DNA from: Eledone cirrhosa
Lineage: Eukaryota
DNA: 64,000 nt
Assembly (NCBI GenBank): GCA_964016885.1
Contig: OZ024745.1
Span: 38,068,001-38,132,000 of the forward strand
Direction of reading: 5' to 3'
Shown piece by piece: positions 1 through 13,416 of the stretch (position 1 is its first letter; the number at the start of each line of letters is the position of its first letter). The notes below the pieces were generated by a model, which saw nothing but the letters and a program-made list of their open reading frames with translations, searched no databases and was not told the origin of the DNA. The position numbers were made by a program, and so were the translations under genes.

Positions 1-937
1 AAAGAAAGAACTGCTACAGAAACTGGCTAAGAAATGGCAAGAAAAGCCTCTGTATGGAAAATACCCAGAGCGAGCTAACAATCCTGATGTTGACAAAACT
101 TTAACCCATCAGTGGTTGGCATCCTCTGGACTGAAATCGGAGACTGAAGGACTGATTATATCAGCACAAGATCAGTGTCTGCCAACAAAAAAATACCAAG
201 CCAACATAATAAAAAATGGATGCAGCCCATTATGCCGTGTATGCAAAAAACAACCAGAGACCATTGACCATATAATTTCAATGTGCAGTCCTATAGCTCC
301 AACCGAATACCTAAACAGGCATGACAGAGCTGCACAATACATACATTGGATAATGTGTAAGCATTTTGACCTGTCCCATCAAAAGAATTGGTGGGAGCAT
401 CAACCACCACCCATACTTGAAAAAGATTACATCTCAATCTTGTGGAACTTTAGCATCCAAACAGACCGAAAAATAGATGCAAATAGACCTGATATAATAT
501 TGAAGGACTTTAAAAAGAGGGTATGCCTGCTAATTGATATGTCTGTTCCAATAGACAAGAATGTATCTATAAAAACATTTGAAAAATTGAGCAAGTATAA
601 GGACCTGGAGATGGAAATTGGAAAAATGTGGAAATTGAGAACTAAAACAATACCAGTGGTTGTAGGCGCTCTGGCAATGATACCTAAGGGGTCTAATGAT
701 TACTTATCGCGAATCCCAGGAAACCCGCGAATAGGAGAAACGATAGTACTAATGGGAACTGCCCATATACTAAGGAAGATTCTGTCAATATAAGTACATC
801 ACAAGTCTAAACACTAAAGATGCATGTGTGAGTATGTATGTTCTTTCTTGAACATGGCGGACCTTGTTGTCTCTTGATGTCACTGGTTGTGACTTGGTGA
901 TAACTCGTATGAACATAAAGCAAGATAAATGCAACTG
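1..937 (+). mobile_element. 3' end of R4/Dong-type RLE non-LTR retrotransposon (family 1), cut by window start
   Basis: ORF to 793 has CCHC knuckle (CRVC..ETIDHIISMC), RHD and PD-(D/E)xK restriction-like endonuclease motifs (RPDII..LIDMSVP..K..KY); short 3' UTR followed by (TAA)n at ~938-957. Confidence 0.9.
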
Positions 938-957
938 TAATAATAATAATAATAATA

Positions 958-3900
958 ACGGTGAAATGGAGACTAGAATGCCATGTGACAGACTCTCACG
1001 TAACAGGTGCTCCCTGGCTCAGCAACAGGGACCTGGCTGTCAACCAAATACTGCTGGTGTCGGAGGAAGAAGAAGAAGGAAAGGGACCAGAACCAACTGG
1101 ACGAAAGAATTGAATAGAACTGTTATGCAATGTTACCTGAAGAGTAACCCCAAGGAGAAAGGCTATAGGAAACGGATGCATAACATCTGCAACGAGATTG
1201 GTCTATTTAAATTAGATGAACAAAAATTGGCCGGGCAGGCTCGGGTAATAAGAACTAATGGGTGGATAAGCGAGCTGGAACTGGAGGAACTGAGCAGAGA
1301 GATTAGCCTGGAGATAGAGAGTGGAGTATGCCAGGCAAACGAGCCAGTGGGAAATGAAGGTGAAGAGGTCGAGAGAACGGAGGAACCACCCGAAGCAGAC
1401 AATGATCTGAATACTGAGATAAATAATACCTGGAACAGAGATACGGCCACTGAGGAGATGAATGCTGACGGGCTAGGACAAGATTTGGTTGATATCCTAA
1501 ACTTAGTGGTAGATGAATTGAACAATGATAGTGGGAAACCTATGAACCTAAGATTTGTAGACAGGAAAACGTTAAAAGAAACAACAGCTAAGGTAAACAA
1601 AGTCATCCCATACCTTGAGGCGAGGAGCCTTCACCAGTGCAACAATATCCTCAAAGCAACAACAAAAACGGTGAGGAAACTACTTGGTATAAAAGCGAGA
1701 GGAAACAACAGACAAGAAAGATCAGAGCCTTGGTGGAAGAAACGACTGAGTGGTCAAATCAGGGAAATGAGAAATGACATTGGAAAGCTTGAGTCCCTAC
1801 TGAATGGGACACTAAAAAACATAGACACTAAAAATAGCCTGGAAATAAAGTACAAAACTAGGAGGAAAAAGCTAAATATTATCATAGAGGAACTGAAGCA
1901 ACGCATTGTAGCAAAGAGTGCAACAATCAGGCGATACGAGAACAGAGTGAGTCAGTATAGACAGAACCGCATGTTCGACAACAACCAGAAGATGCTGTTT
2001 GGACAGCTTGAAGGGAAAGTAAGAGGCAACGACTTGATCCCTGAGGCGGAAATAACTAAAACATCTGGAGAGGAATATGGGAGCAGGATGTTAAACATAA
2101 TGACCAGGCAGTGTGGATTGAGACAGTACAGAAGGAGATTAGTGAACAGGCACACCAACAAACTGATTTGTGTATCACAGTTGAAACTCTTAAGGGGCAG
2201 GCCCAAAAACTAACCAACTGGAAATCACCAGGCCCAGATGGTGTGCAGGGGTATTGGATTAAAAATATAACATCCCTCCACCCGAAACTGACAACCATGT
2301 TCAATGACTGCTTGATGTCAGGTGAGGTACCAGAGTGGATGACAAAGGGTACCACAGTTCTGATAATGAAAGACCGAATCAAGGGTAATGATGTTACCAA
2401 CTATAGACCTATCACATGTCTGTCCGTAATGTGGAAACTGTTGACAAGCATTATGTCTGATGAAATCTACCATCACCTCCACACAAACAACTTGTTACCG
2501 GACGAACAGAAAGGATGCCGAAAGAAGTCACGTGGTACAAAGGACCAGTTACTTATTGATAAGATGGTAATGAGGAATTGCAAAAGGAGACACACTGGTC
2601 TTGCCATGGGATGGATAGACTACAAAAAGGCATTTGACATGGTGCCTCATTCTTGGATCACCAAAAGCCTAGAGATCTTCAAGGTGGCAGATAACATCAG
2701 ACAGTTGTTGGGCAAAATTATGAAGTCCTGGGAAACAGAGTTAACATCAACTGGAGAATCCTTGGGAAGCGTGAAGATCAAGAGAGGTATCTTCCAGGGA
2801 GATAGTTTGTCCCCTCTGTTGTTTGTCCTTGCCCTGATGCCCCTGACCAGTGTACTGCGAAAAGTGAGAGCAGGATACAGGTTATGAAAGGGAGGGCTTA
2901 CCATCAATCACCTCCTCTTCATGGACGATCTTAAGCTCTTCGGGAAGAGTGAGAAGGAGTTGGAATTGCTTGTTGACACTGTCCGTATTTTCAGCAATAA
3001 TATATGTATGGAATTTGGTATTAGTAAGTGTGGAGTCATTGTGATGAAGAGGGGTAAATTGAGCAGAAGTAACGGAATCCAGGTACCAACAGGTGAGATG
3101 ATAAAGGAAATTGACTCTGAAGAAGGAGACAAGTATTTGGGTGTTCTGGAGGCTGATGACATCAAGAACAAAAAATGAAGGAATTGATAAGAACTGAATA
3201 CATTCGGAGAGTAAGGAGCATATTAAAGTCACATCTGAACAGTAGTAATGCCATAAGTGCAGTAAATTCCCGAGCTGTGTCTATTATTAGGTACAGTGTG
3301 GGAATTCTGAGATGGAATGTTGCTGAACTAAAAGAAATGGATAGGAAGACTAAGAACCTATTGACTATCTACAACATGTTCCACAAGAGGAGTGATGTCG
3401 ATAGACTCTACTTAAGGAGATCTGAGGGTGGAAGAGGTCTTATCAGCATAGAGGACTGTGTTCAGATGGAGAAAAACAACCTGCACAAATACGTGACTGA
3501 TAGTAAGGAGCCAATGCACAGAACTGTACTGAAGGAGGGGACAATAGACCAGGGGATGTCCAAGGAGGAAATAACATCAAGGAGAAAGAGCAGCCTTCAG
3601 GAAAAATCCCTTCATAGTACCTTCTTTGAGAAAACTGAATTCAGAGATCCACAGACATGGAACTGGTTGAAAAGAGGAGACCTTAAAAAGGCTACAGAAG
3701 GAATGTTAATGGCTTCGCAGGAGCAGGCCCTCAAAACGAACTGGTTGAAACACCATATTTACAAGGAGGAGAAACTGTGGAGAGAGAGAGAGTAGACTGT
3801 GGCTCACATTGTATCCGAGTGTAAACACCTAGCCCAGAATCACTATAAGGGCTGGAGACATGATGTGATGGGCAGGGTGATCCACTGGCACCTGTGCAAA

Positions 3901-4414
3901 GTAAACAATTTACCACATTCTGAGAAGTGGTATGAGCATAAGCCAGAGTCGGTGATAGAAAACGATCAGGTGAAGGTGCTGTGGGATTTTAGGATACAGA
4001 CGGACAAGAAACAGGAACACAATAGACCTGACCTGGTGGTTGTGGACAAAGAAAAAAGATCGTGCCTGATTGTGGATGTGGCCTGCCCATTCGACACGAG
4101 AATGCAAGAGAAGGAGAGGGAGAAAATTAACCGATACCAGGACTTAAAGTGGGAGGTAAAAAGGATTTGGAACAGCCATGAAGTCAACGTGATCCCGATT
4201 GTCATAGACGCACTAGGAACTATCTCAAAAAGTTTCCAGGGATGGTAAAAGAAAATTGGCCCCTTCACGCTTTTTGGAACGCTTCAAAAGGCATGTTTGC
4301 TGGGAACAGCAAGAACCCTCCGATACGTCCTGAATATCTGAGGCTGCAGGTAGCGGCTTGATATTCATTTCAACAAACTTTCCAGTTAACTAAAATCAAT
4401 GACTGAGACTCAAA

Positions 4415-4416
<2 letters not shown>
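958..4416 (+). mobile_element. Near full-length R4/Dong-type RLE non-LTR retrotransposon (family 2), inactivated
   Basis: ATG at 966; N-terminal Myb-like region (WTKELN..VMQCY..GYRKRM..EQKLAGQARVI); RT motifs (PGPDG, YRPITCL, QKGCR, IDYKKAFD, QGDSLSPLLF, FMDD); RLE domain; frameshifts near 2060, 2885 and 3175, deletion in the zinc knuckle near 3770, premature stop near 4246; (TAA)n on both sides. Confidence 0.93.
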
Positions 4417-4453
<37 letters not shown>

Positions 4454-4454
<1 letters not shown>

Positions 4455-6710
4455 CAACTAACCAACTGGAAATCACCAGGCCCAGAAACTAACCAACTGG
4501 AAATCACCAGGCCCAGATGGTGTGCAGGGGTATTGGATTAAACATTTAACATCCCTCCACCCGAAGCTGACGGCCATGTTCAATGACTGCTTGGTGTCGG
4601 GTGAGGTGCCAGAGTGGTTGACAAAAGGTACCACAGTTCTGATAATGAAAGACCGAATCAAGGGTAATGATGCTACCAACTATAGACCTATCACATGTCT
4701 GCCCGTAATGTGGAAACTGTTGACGAGCATTGTGTCTGAGGAAATCTACCATCACCTCCACACAAACAACTTGTTACCGGACGAACAGAAAGGATGCCGA
4801 AAGAAGTCACGTGGTACAAAGGACCAGTTGCTTATTGATAAGATGGTAATGGGGAATTGCAGGAGGAGACACACTGATCTTGCCATGGGATGGATAGACT
4901 ACAGAAAGGCATTTGACATGGTGCCTCATTCCTGGATCACCAAAAGCCTGGAGATCTTCAGGGTGGCAGATAACATCAGACAGTTGCTAGTCAGGAGTAT
5001 GGGGTCCTGGGAGACAGAGTTGACATCAACTGGAGTATCCTTGGGAAGCGTGAAGATCAAGAGAGGTATCGTCCAGGGAGATAGCCTGTCCCCTCTGTTG
5101 TTTGTCCTTGCCCTGATGCCCTTGACCATTATGCTGCGAAAAGTGAGAGCAGGATACAAGTTGGGAAGGGGAGAGCTTACCATCAATCACCTCCTCTTCA
5201 TGGACGATCTTAAGCTCTTCGGGAAAAGTGAGAAGGAGTTGGATGTGCTTGTTGACACTGTCCGTATTTTCAGCAGTGATATATGTATGCAGTTTGGTAT
5301 TGGTAAATGTGGAGTCATTGTGATGAAGAGGGGTAGGTTGAGCAGAAGTAACGGGATCCAGATACCAACAGGTGAGATGATAAAGGAAATTGACTCTGAG
5401 GAAGGATACAATTATTTGGGCGTTCTGGAGGCTGATGGCATAAAGAACAAAAAAATGAAGGAATTGTTAAGAACTGAATACATTCGGAGAGTAAGGAGCG
5501 TATTGAAGTCACATCTGAACAGCAGAAATGCCATAAGCGCAGTAAATTCCCGAGCTGTGTCTATTATTAGGTACAGTGCGGGAATTCTGAGATGGAATGT
5601 TGCTGAACAAAAAGAAATGGATAGGAAGACTAGGAAGCTATTGACTATCTACAACATGTTCCACAAGAGGAGTGATGTCGATAGACTCTACCTAAGGAGA
5701 TCTGAGGGTGGAAGAGGTCTTATCAGCATAGAGGACTGTGTTCAGATGGAGAAAAACAACCTATACAAATACGTGACCTATAGTAAGGAGCCAATGCTCA
5801 GAACTGTACTGAAGGAGGGGACAGTAGGCCAGGGGATGTCCAGGGAGGAAATAACATCAAGGAGGAAGAGCAGCCTTAAGGGAAAATCCCTTCATAGTAC
5901 CTTCTTTGAGAAAACTGAATTTAGAGATCCACAGACATGGAACTGGTTGAGAAGAGGAGACCTCAAAAAGGCTACAGAAGGAATGCTAATGGCTGCGCAG
6001 GAGCAGGCCCTCAAAACGAAGTGGTTGAAGCACCATATCTACAAGGAGGAGGCTAGCCCACTGTGCAGGATCTGTGGAGAGAGAGAGGAGACTGTGGCTC
6101 ACATTGTGCCCGAGTGTAAACACCTAGCCCAGACTCACTATAAGGGCTGGAGACACGATGTGATGGGCAGGGGGATCCACTGGCACCTGTGCAAAGTAAA
6201 CAATCTACCACATTCTGAGAAATGGTATGAGCATAGGCCAGAGGCGGTGATGGAGAACAATCAGGTGAAGGTGCTGTGGGATTTTAGGATACAGACGGAC
6301 AAAAAACTGGAACACAATAGACCTGACCTGGTGGTTGTGGACAAAGAAAAAAGATCGTGCCTGATTGTGGATGTGGCCTGCCCGTTCGACACGAGAGTGC
6401 AAGAGAAGGAGAGGGAGAAAATTAACCGATACCAGGACCTAAAGTGGGAGGTGAAAAGGATTTGGAACTGCCATGAAGTCAAAGTGATCCCGATTGTCAT
6501 AGGCGCACTGGGGACTATCTCCAAAAGTTTCCAGGGATGGTTAAAGAAAATCGGCCCCTTCACGCTTTTTGGAACGCTTCAAAAGGCATGCTTGCTTGGA
6601 ACAGCAAGAACCCTCCGATACGTCCTGAATATCTGAGGCTGCAGGTAGTGGCTTGATATTCAATCCAACGGACTTTCCAGTTAACCAACATCAATGACTG
6701 AGATTCAAGG
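4454..6710 (+). mobile_element. 5'-truncated copy of the family 2 R4/Dong-type element
   Basis: Collinear with 2208-4416; begins directly after (TAA)n 4417-4453 and ends in a (TAA/CAA)n tail 6711-6763. Confidence 0.93.
4522..6636 (+). CDS. Uninterrupted RT + CCHC knuckle + restriction-like endonuclease reading frame (N-terminally truncated)
   Basis: 704-aa ORF: QGDSLSPLLF, LFMDDLKLF, YLG, CRICGEREETVAHIVPEC, RHD, RPDLVV..VDVACP..EKINRY; lacks the native start. Confidence 0.85.
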   Translation: MQGYWIKHLTSLHPKLTAMFNDCLVSGEVPEWLTKGTTVLIMKDRIKGNDATNYRPITCLPVMWKLLTSIVSEEIYHHLHTNNLLPDEQKGCRKKSRGTKDQLLIDKMVMGNCRRRHTDLAMGWIDYRKAFDMVPHSWITKSLEIFRVADNIRQLLVRSMGSWETELTSTGVSLGSVKIKRGIVQGDSLSPLLFVLALMPLTIMLRKVRAGYKLGRGELTINHLLFMDDLKLFGKSEKELDVLVDTVRIFSSDICMQFGIGKCGVIVMKRGRLSRSNGIQIPTGEMIKEIDSEEGYNYLGVLEADGIKNKKMKELLRTEYIRRVRSVLKSHLNSRNAISAVNSRAVSIIRYSAGILRWNVAEQKEMDRKTRKLLTIYNMFHKRSDVDRLYLRRSEGGRGLISIEDCVQMEKNNLYKYVTYSKEPMLRTVLKEGTVGQGMSREEITSRRKSSLKGKSLHSTFFEKTEFRDPQTWNWLRRGDLKKATEGMLMAAQEQALKTKWLKHHIYKEEASPLCRICGEREETVAHIVPECKHLAQTHYKGWRHDVMGRGIHWHLCKVNNLPHSEKWYEHRPEAVMENNQVKVLWDFRIQTDKKLEHNRPDLVVVDKEKRSCLIVDVACPFDTRVQEKEREKINRYQDLKWEVKRIWNCHEVKVIPIVIGALGTISKSFQGWLKKIGPFTLFGTLQKACLLGTARTLRYVLNI

Positions 6711-7055
6711 AATAACAATAACAATAATAATAATAATAATAATAATAACAATAATAATAATAATATATACACTAATATATCCCAATATCAAACTCAATCC
6801 CGTAAGAAAGCAAAACGAAATAACAGAAAATATTTAAAATAAAATTGTCAATACTACGAAATATACAAAGCAATAATACTTGTGTGTGGGTGTGATTGAA
6901 AAGATTTTGCTGCAAGCAAGAGAGAAGCTATTGTCTCCCTATTCTAAGAAATATTAATTTCTAACATCATGGTTTATGACATATATTTCCGTAGAAGAAA
7001 CTCAGCTCAAACTAAATGGAAAATAGATGATACAAAATATCTACCGAAGGAAAAG

Positions 7056-7089
<34 letters not shown>

Positions 7090-7248
7090 CGAATATAACG
7101 GCAACAACAGCACGATAAGGGCGACGACGAAAACTGAAGTTCAAAATGAAATAGAAAACAAAACAGTATTTTTGTTGGACGACGAGGGAGATATTGTACT
7201 TATAATAAATGTGTATATGTATGACAATAAGATATCACTGATAACATA

Positions 7249-7304
<56 letters not shown>

Positions 7305-7436
7305 TTGAGGCACACACATATAAATACACACACGCGCACGTGTGGATTAACAACGGGTAGAAAAAAATATAGTTGGATGTATAAATATATTTATGAGTTG
7401 AGGGGCCAATAGTTTCGTGGTAAGGCATTTATCAAA

Positions 7437-7494
7437 ATATATATATGTATGTATGTATATATACATATATATATATGTGTATATATATATATGT

Positions 7495-7583
<89 letters not shown>

Positions 7584-7607
7584 CATATATGTGTATATAT
7601 ATATATG

Positions 7608-7679
<72 letters not shown>

Positions 7680-7896
7680 TATATGTATATGTATGTATAT
7701 ATTTATATTTATGTATATACATATATGTTTATATACATATATATATATGTGTATATACATACATACACACACGCATATATATATATATATGTGTGTGTGT
7801 GTATGTATGTATATACACACATATATATATACACATATATGTATATACATAAATATAAATATATATATACATATATATGTTTATATATATTACACA

Positions 7897-7934
<38 letters not shown>

Positions 7935-8091
7935 ATATATATATACATGTATATATATATATGTATATTTATATATTATGTATATACATATATGTGTATA
8001 TATATATGTGTGTATATACATATTTATATTTATGTATATACATATATGTGTATATATATATACACACACATACACACACTCACACACATAT

Positions 8092-8156
<65 letters not shown>
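7437..8156. repeat. Compound (TA)n/(CA)n microsatellite; many similar tracts occur throughout the window
   Basis: Seen directly. Confidence 0.95.
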
Positions 8157-8158
<2 letters not shown>

Positions 8159-9132
8159 AATATACTTCAGCGAGAATCGTATTTCGGCTGATAGAAAAAG
8201 CGAAACGAAAGGCAAAATCGTAGAAATGTTGGCAAGCGCTCAATAGTTAAAAAACTAGAGCTAAACAATAAGCTAAAACGCCATACAAACTGAAATAGTG
8301 GTTAAGAAGGCATTAACCACATAAGCCAAAAAACAAATCAAGCTAGACAGGTCAAACAAAATAAATGATAAAAACCGACCTGGAACCAAATGGAATTGGT
8401 GGTAAAATCCAAATATAGGGTTTCTATGACACTTAAATCAATAATATTGTCTGCTTAAAACTATAAGCTTTCAGCATAAAGATTGAACAAGGAATATCAC
8501 GTTATCAACAGGTAATTTTACCCTGTAACCAATTTTGCGAATGACGCAGAAGTTAGTAAACGCACATGCGTAAGTCACGAGGGGAAATTCCCCATATTTT
8601 CGCAAATGAATTCAGTATGTTTATATCATACAAAAAATTGCATAGATAACACAAATCGAATAAGCACTCAACCGGTAGTTTTTAAAATAAACTTATGCAA
8701 TTAATCTGTCAATAGAATTATTAACAGGTTATTTGTATGACTCGGGAGATTAGTACAAATATAATTCAGCGAGAATCGTATTTCGACTGGTAGAAAAAGC
8801 GAAACGAAACGCAAAATCGTAGAAATGCTGGCAAGCGTTCAATAGTTAAAAAACTAGAGCTAAACAATAAGTTAAAACACCATACAAACTGAAATAGTGG
8901 TTAAGAAGGCATTAACCACATAAGCCAAAAAAACAAATCAAGCTAAACAGGTCAAACAAAATAAATGATAAAAACCGACCTGGACCCAAATGGAATTGAT
9001 TGCAAAATCCAAATGTAGGGTTTCTATGACACCTAAATCAATAATACTATCTGCTTAAAACTATAAGAGATCAGCATAAAGATCGAACAAGGAATATCAC
9101 GTTATCAACAGGAAATTTTGCTCTGTAACCAA
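8157..9132. repeat. ~600-bp partial tandem duplication between (TA)n tracts (pseudo-LTR-like)
   Basis: 8157-8532 recurs at ~8757-9132. Confidence 0.85.
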
Positions 9133-9291
9133 TATATATATATATATGCAAAGTTTTATTTAAATTGTTGGGTTAACAACGAGTAAATAAATATGAAGAA
9201 GGCATAACATATTTTTAATATGATATCCCTGAAATATATATAATGAAATAAATATGGTTTTATAAATATAGTTTCCATTTATTTAATATCG

Positions 9292-9316
<25 letters not shown>

Positions 9317-9325
<9 letters not shown>

Positions 9326-10286
9326 GAGAAGAAAGATGAATACTGCGTGGTTGCACATGGGTTACATATGATAAAACAAGTCCTTCGTCAGGGATTTGCC
9401 AACAATCATTGATATTTCATCGCATTAAAAATCGAGAGAAAGTGTAACTGACAGAGGGGGCGAAAGAAGGTGAGGGCGACAGAGAGAACGGGGAAGCAGC
9501 AGGAGAGAAACAGACAAACGCAGCCGAGGTAAATATAAATCCACCCAGCTTATGCTGACCGGATAACATGTTGCTTGTTTATTCCCATCTTTGCGTTGCT
9601 TTCATCCTTCTATGTTGTTTACTTGTCTCACTCGCTTTACGCGATTTACTTGTCCCAATAGCTTTTTTTAGTTATTGCTCGCATCAACCTGAGGTATATG
9701 ATTTTTAATGCGATGAAATATCAATGATGGTTGGCAAATCACTGACGAAGGACTAATTTTATCATATGTAACCCATGTGCAACCACGCAGTATTCTTCTT
9801 TCTTCTCATGTTTTTTATATATATTTACCTCGGCTGCGTTTGTCTGTTTCTCTCTTACTGCTTCCCCGTTCTCTCTGTTGCCCTCACCTTCTTTCGCCCC
9901 CTCTGTCAGTTACACTTCCTCTCGACTGACCTCTTCCTCGCACTTCCACTCACTCACTCTCTGTTTCTCCCCTTCTCACTTCCTCCCGTTTGGCTAGTAG
10001 TGGGTTCTCTTCTTGCTCACATCTCACTCACGTGGGACGGTCTGTATCTTGATCGCTCATGAAATCCGCCCAGCTTATGCTGACCGGATAACCATGTTGC
10101 TTGTTTATTCCCATCTTTGCGTTGCTTTCATCCTTCTATGTTGTTTACTTGTCTCACTCGCTTTACGCAATTTACTTGTCCCAATAGCTTTTTTTAGTTA
10201 TTGCTCGCACCAACCTGAGGTATATGATTTTTAATGCGATGAAATATCAATGATGGTTGGCAAATCACTGACGAATGACTAATTTT

Positions 10287-10292
<6 letters not shown>
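9317..10292. mobile_element. Non-coding element with inverted plus tandem (~525 bp) arrangement, PLE pseudo-LTR-like
   Basis: 9317-9537 is the reverse complement of ~9705-9925; 9538-9770 repeats at 10063-10292; (TA)n on both flanks. Confidence 0.7.
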
Positions 10293-10349
<57 letters not shown>

Positions 10350-10545
10350 ATTAATAATAATAATTAAGCTCTGTTGCCTACATAGAGCACTCTTTTTTCC
10401 TGGACTTTTCCGATGGAATTACTTCATATATATATATATATATATTTATATTTATAATTATTATTGCGTTTGTGTTGGGGTTTTTTCACATCTTAGTTCG
10501 ATTGACATCTTTACAGAACAATGAAATTGAGTTACTTTTATTTCG

Positions 10546-10617
<72 letters not shown>

Positions 10618-11199
10618 ATGTGTGTGTGTGTGTGTATGTGTGTATATATTTGTGTGTGTGTGAGTGTGTGTGCGCGTGCGTGTGTGTTCGTCTGTGTATT
10701 ATATATACGTATACATGTATGTATATTATGGTGGCCCTTATTTTTCATCGTTTCAAATGTTTAGCTCCAAATTAACAAAAAAACAAAACAATATATGGAA
10801 AGCCTTAGCTCAAGCGGACCACTGCAAGGGGACCATAGAAGTTTTCGCGCGGGAAATAATTTTTTCAGATAAAAAAATTTTATCTCTGATATAATTTTCT
10901 CTTAAATTAAAACTTGTTTAGACTTATTCTTGGTATTAGAAGGATAAGTGACAATAAATATAATGAAGAAGGCAACTTGCAAAGCTGGGAACAGTGCGCA
11001 GGTATCGGGCAAACAGATATTTTTTCGCTGTGGACGCAGCAAAATTTTAACTTTCGGAAAATTACCTATTGCTAAGGGCCACTCCAATATACATATATCC
11101 GTATGTGGTTGACAGCTGAGAGAAATGAGTACTCGGTATTGAGTGCTTTCACTCCTTGCTCCCCTTTTCTCATTGTGTTTGTATATAAACAAGTATATA

Positions 11200-11505
11200 G
11201 ATACAAGGAGAGTAAGGAGAAAAGGAGAGCAAGGAGATCAAGGAGAGCAATGAATAAAGGAGAGTAAAGAGAGCGATAAGAAAAGGAGAGCAATGAGAAA
11301 AGGAGAGCAAGGAGAGCAAGGAGAGCAAGGTGAGTAAGGAGAGGAAGGAGATAAAATGGTGAGTGGGCAGGGAGGAAGGGGAGACAGGGGTGGAAATTGA
11401 GGTAGGAGATGAAGGTGAGGAAGGTGAGGAAGTGGAGGATGGGGAGGGGTGAGATAGATAGGGATGGGGAAGGGGAGGAATTGGAGGATGAGGAAGAGAG
11501 GAGAA
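11200..11505. repeat. Purine-rich (AAGGAGAGC-like) low-complexity tract
   Basis: Seen directly. Confidence 0.8.
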
Positions 11506-12672
11506 TATATACATATAATACATATATCAGTATGTGGTTTTACATATATACACTGTATACATTTGCTGGGGTTGCCTGGCTGTGTCCACATAAATTTCTG
11601 TAAGATGAAAAGAGAAAATGGTCGAGAGAGGGAATAATATGCCGCTTTTGAACAGAATTAATCGGTGTGTACACTATTTTCCGACTTCAAGGAGTTTGAG
11701 GATCGCCTAACAATTGTTCGTTCGAGCTGAAATTTTGCACACCCTGTTTTGTTGTTGATTAGAACAGGATTGGGGTGTGAGAGCAGCAAAATGTTAATTT
11801 CATAAAATTGCCTATTAGTAAAGGCCGCCCTACAACATATATATAATATGTAGCTTCCCGATTTGTATCTGTGTGTAACTACAGTTGCACATGAAAAAAT
11901 GTACTCAATAATTTGGTAGAGTAGAGGCATCATTATTATATATAGAAATAATTTCTACAGGACAAAACGTATGGAATTCGTATGGAATCATCAGGAATGT
12001 CCTAATAAGTATCATAAGAATAAAACTGATTTATACATAATATATATGTATAGTTAGGTGTGGCTTTGTAGTCAAAGTGTTTACCTAACGAAAACGTGGT
12101 TTTTCAATGTACGTGTCCCTTCGCAAATGAACATATTAGTTGTCAATCAATATATATATATAATACTTAATAAAACGTTGGAACGTAGTTCTGAAGACTG
12201 AAAAATCGTCGACAGCAATCCATGCAAATTACTATATAGTGAATTCTTCGAATTCCGAGCAAATGCGTTAGCCACAGTGCCAATTTCTATCATTTCTATC
12301 ACCACCAATCACATCATTTTTAGAATTCTTTAGGGGACATTAAGCTTTTAGGCAGAACTGTAAAAAAAGTGGTTTATATAAGAACACTTTGGAAATTCTG
12401 AATATTGAAAGAGTGTTCGATTTGTTTAACGTTCATATGCGTTAGGAAGCAAACATTTCAAACACACATCATACACACACTCCTCGCACACAGACACAGA
12501 CAGATGGATAGACAGACAGACACACAAACATGTATATGTAAATATATATATATATATATCACAGAAAAAAAGCGAATCAGTGTTGCGACGAATGGAATTT
12601 ATTGGACATATTACAATCGTTTGCCTACCACATACGGACGCTTTAAGCATCCAATATATATATATATATATA

Positions 12673-13029
12673 TTAGCTGACGCACCCAGCTTCGCCCGAG
12701 TAAACAGATAAGAAAAGACAGGTAAAAGAGAAAATGACTGTATTGGATGTTTGTCTGGTTACAGTATAGGGCGAGTCCGTGGTGTCTGTGTGACACAGAA
12801 AACAGTAAAAAAAAATCATCCAGATCTGCCAGATTCTTCGTTGTACCGTTTGTACATAGTATATGAACAATTCTAGGTGCTCCCACCTAGAATAGTGACC
12901 TCTAGGAGATGGTTCATCTTCTGCCTGACTGTAAAACGTGTATCATTGCATAGACGGGGTTGTTCCACGTTTCTCAAAAGGATGATGGAAGTTCCAATCT
13001 TTTATATTATATGTAGATATAGATATAGA
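12673..13029 (-). mobile_element. Small non-autonomous Helitron
   Basis: Minus strand starts A|TCTATATCTATATCTAC and ends with hairpin CTCGGGCGAAGCTGGG..CAGCTAA|T (CTAG-like), inserted between A and T. Confidence 0.65.
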
Positions 13030-13416
13030 TAATTAATATAAAAGATGTCGGTCAATGTAAAAAAGGTCCGTATTTATTTGAAATGGTTTTATCCAAATGT
13101 CAAATTAATATGGATATGGATAACATGCTTATCTATAAGTGGTCAGCTATAATAATAAAACAACAAATTATATGACACAAAAAATTTATTCAGTAATTTC
13201 CAAGATCTTAGCCACTGTGTAATAGACAGTCAATATTGCCCAGAGTTCCACTCGGGGAGGTGGCCTGGTTTGAACTCCAAATGGCGGATCCTTCTACTTC
13301 GAAAATAGAATCGTTTTTCAATATTAATCTAGCCATGACCGGCCATAGGCACGACACCTTTTGCCAGACTCAGCATATGATGAGGTTTTATTACCACCGC
13401 TATCAGAAGCGATGAA

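Noticed and set aside
864-965. N-terminal extension of ORF 864..2213
   Set aside because: Reads through the previous element's 3' UTR and (TAA)n tail; the likely start is ATG at 966
7417-8246. Long ORFs rich in IY/YI, HT/TH, CV/VC here and across the window
   Set aside because: Translations of (TA)n, (CA)n and (TG)n microsatellites, which lack stop codons
8460-8515. U3-A8 hammerhead on minus (TTGATAA...GAAAGCTTA)
   Set aside because: Weak stems, and the tandem copy lacks GAAA
9700-9760. Type II hammerhead reading GAAATATCAA TGAT..ATCA CTGACGA
   Set aside because: No UH triplet adjacent to stem I and no stem II partner for AGGAC
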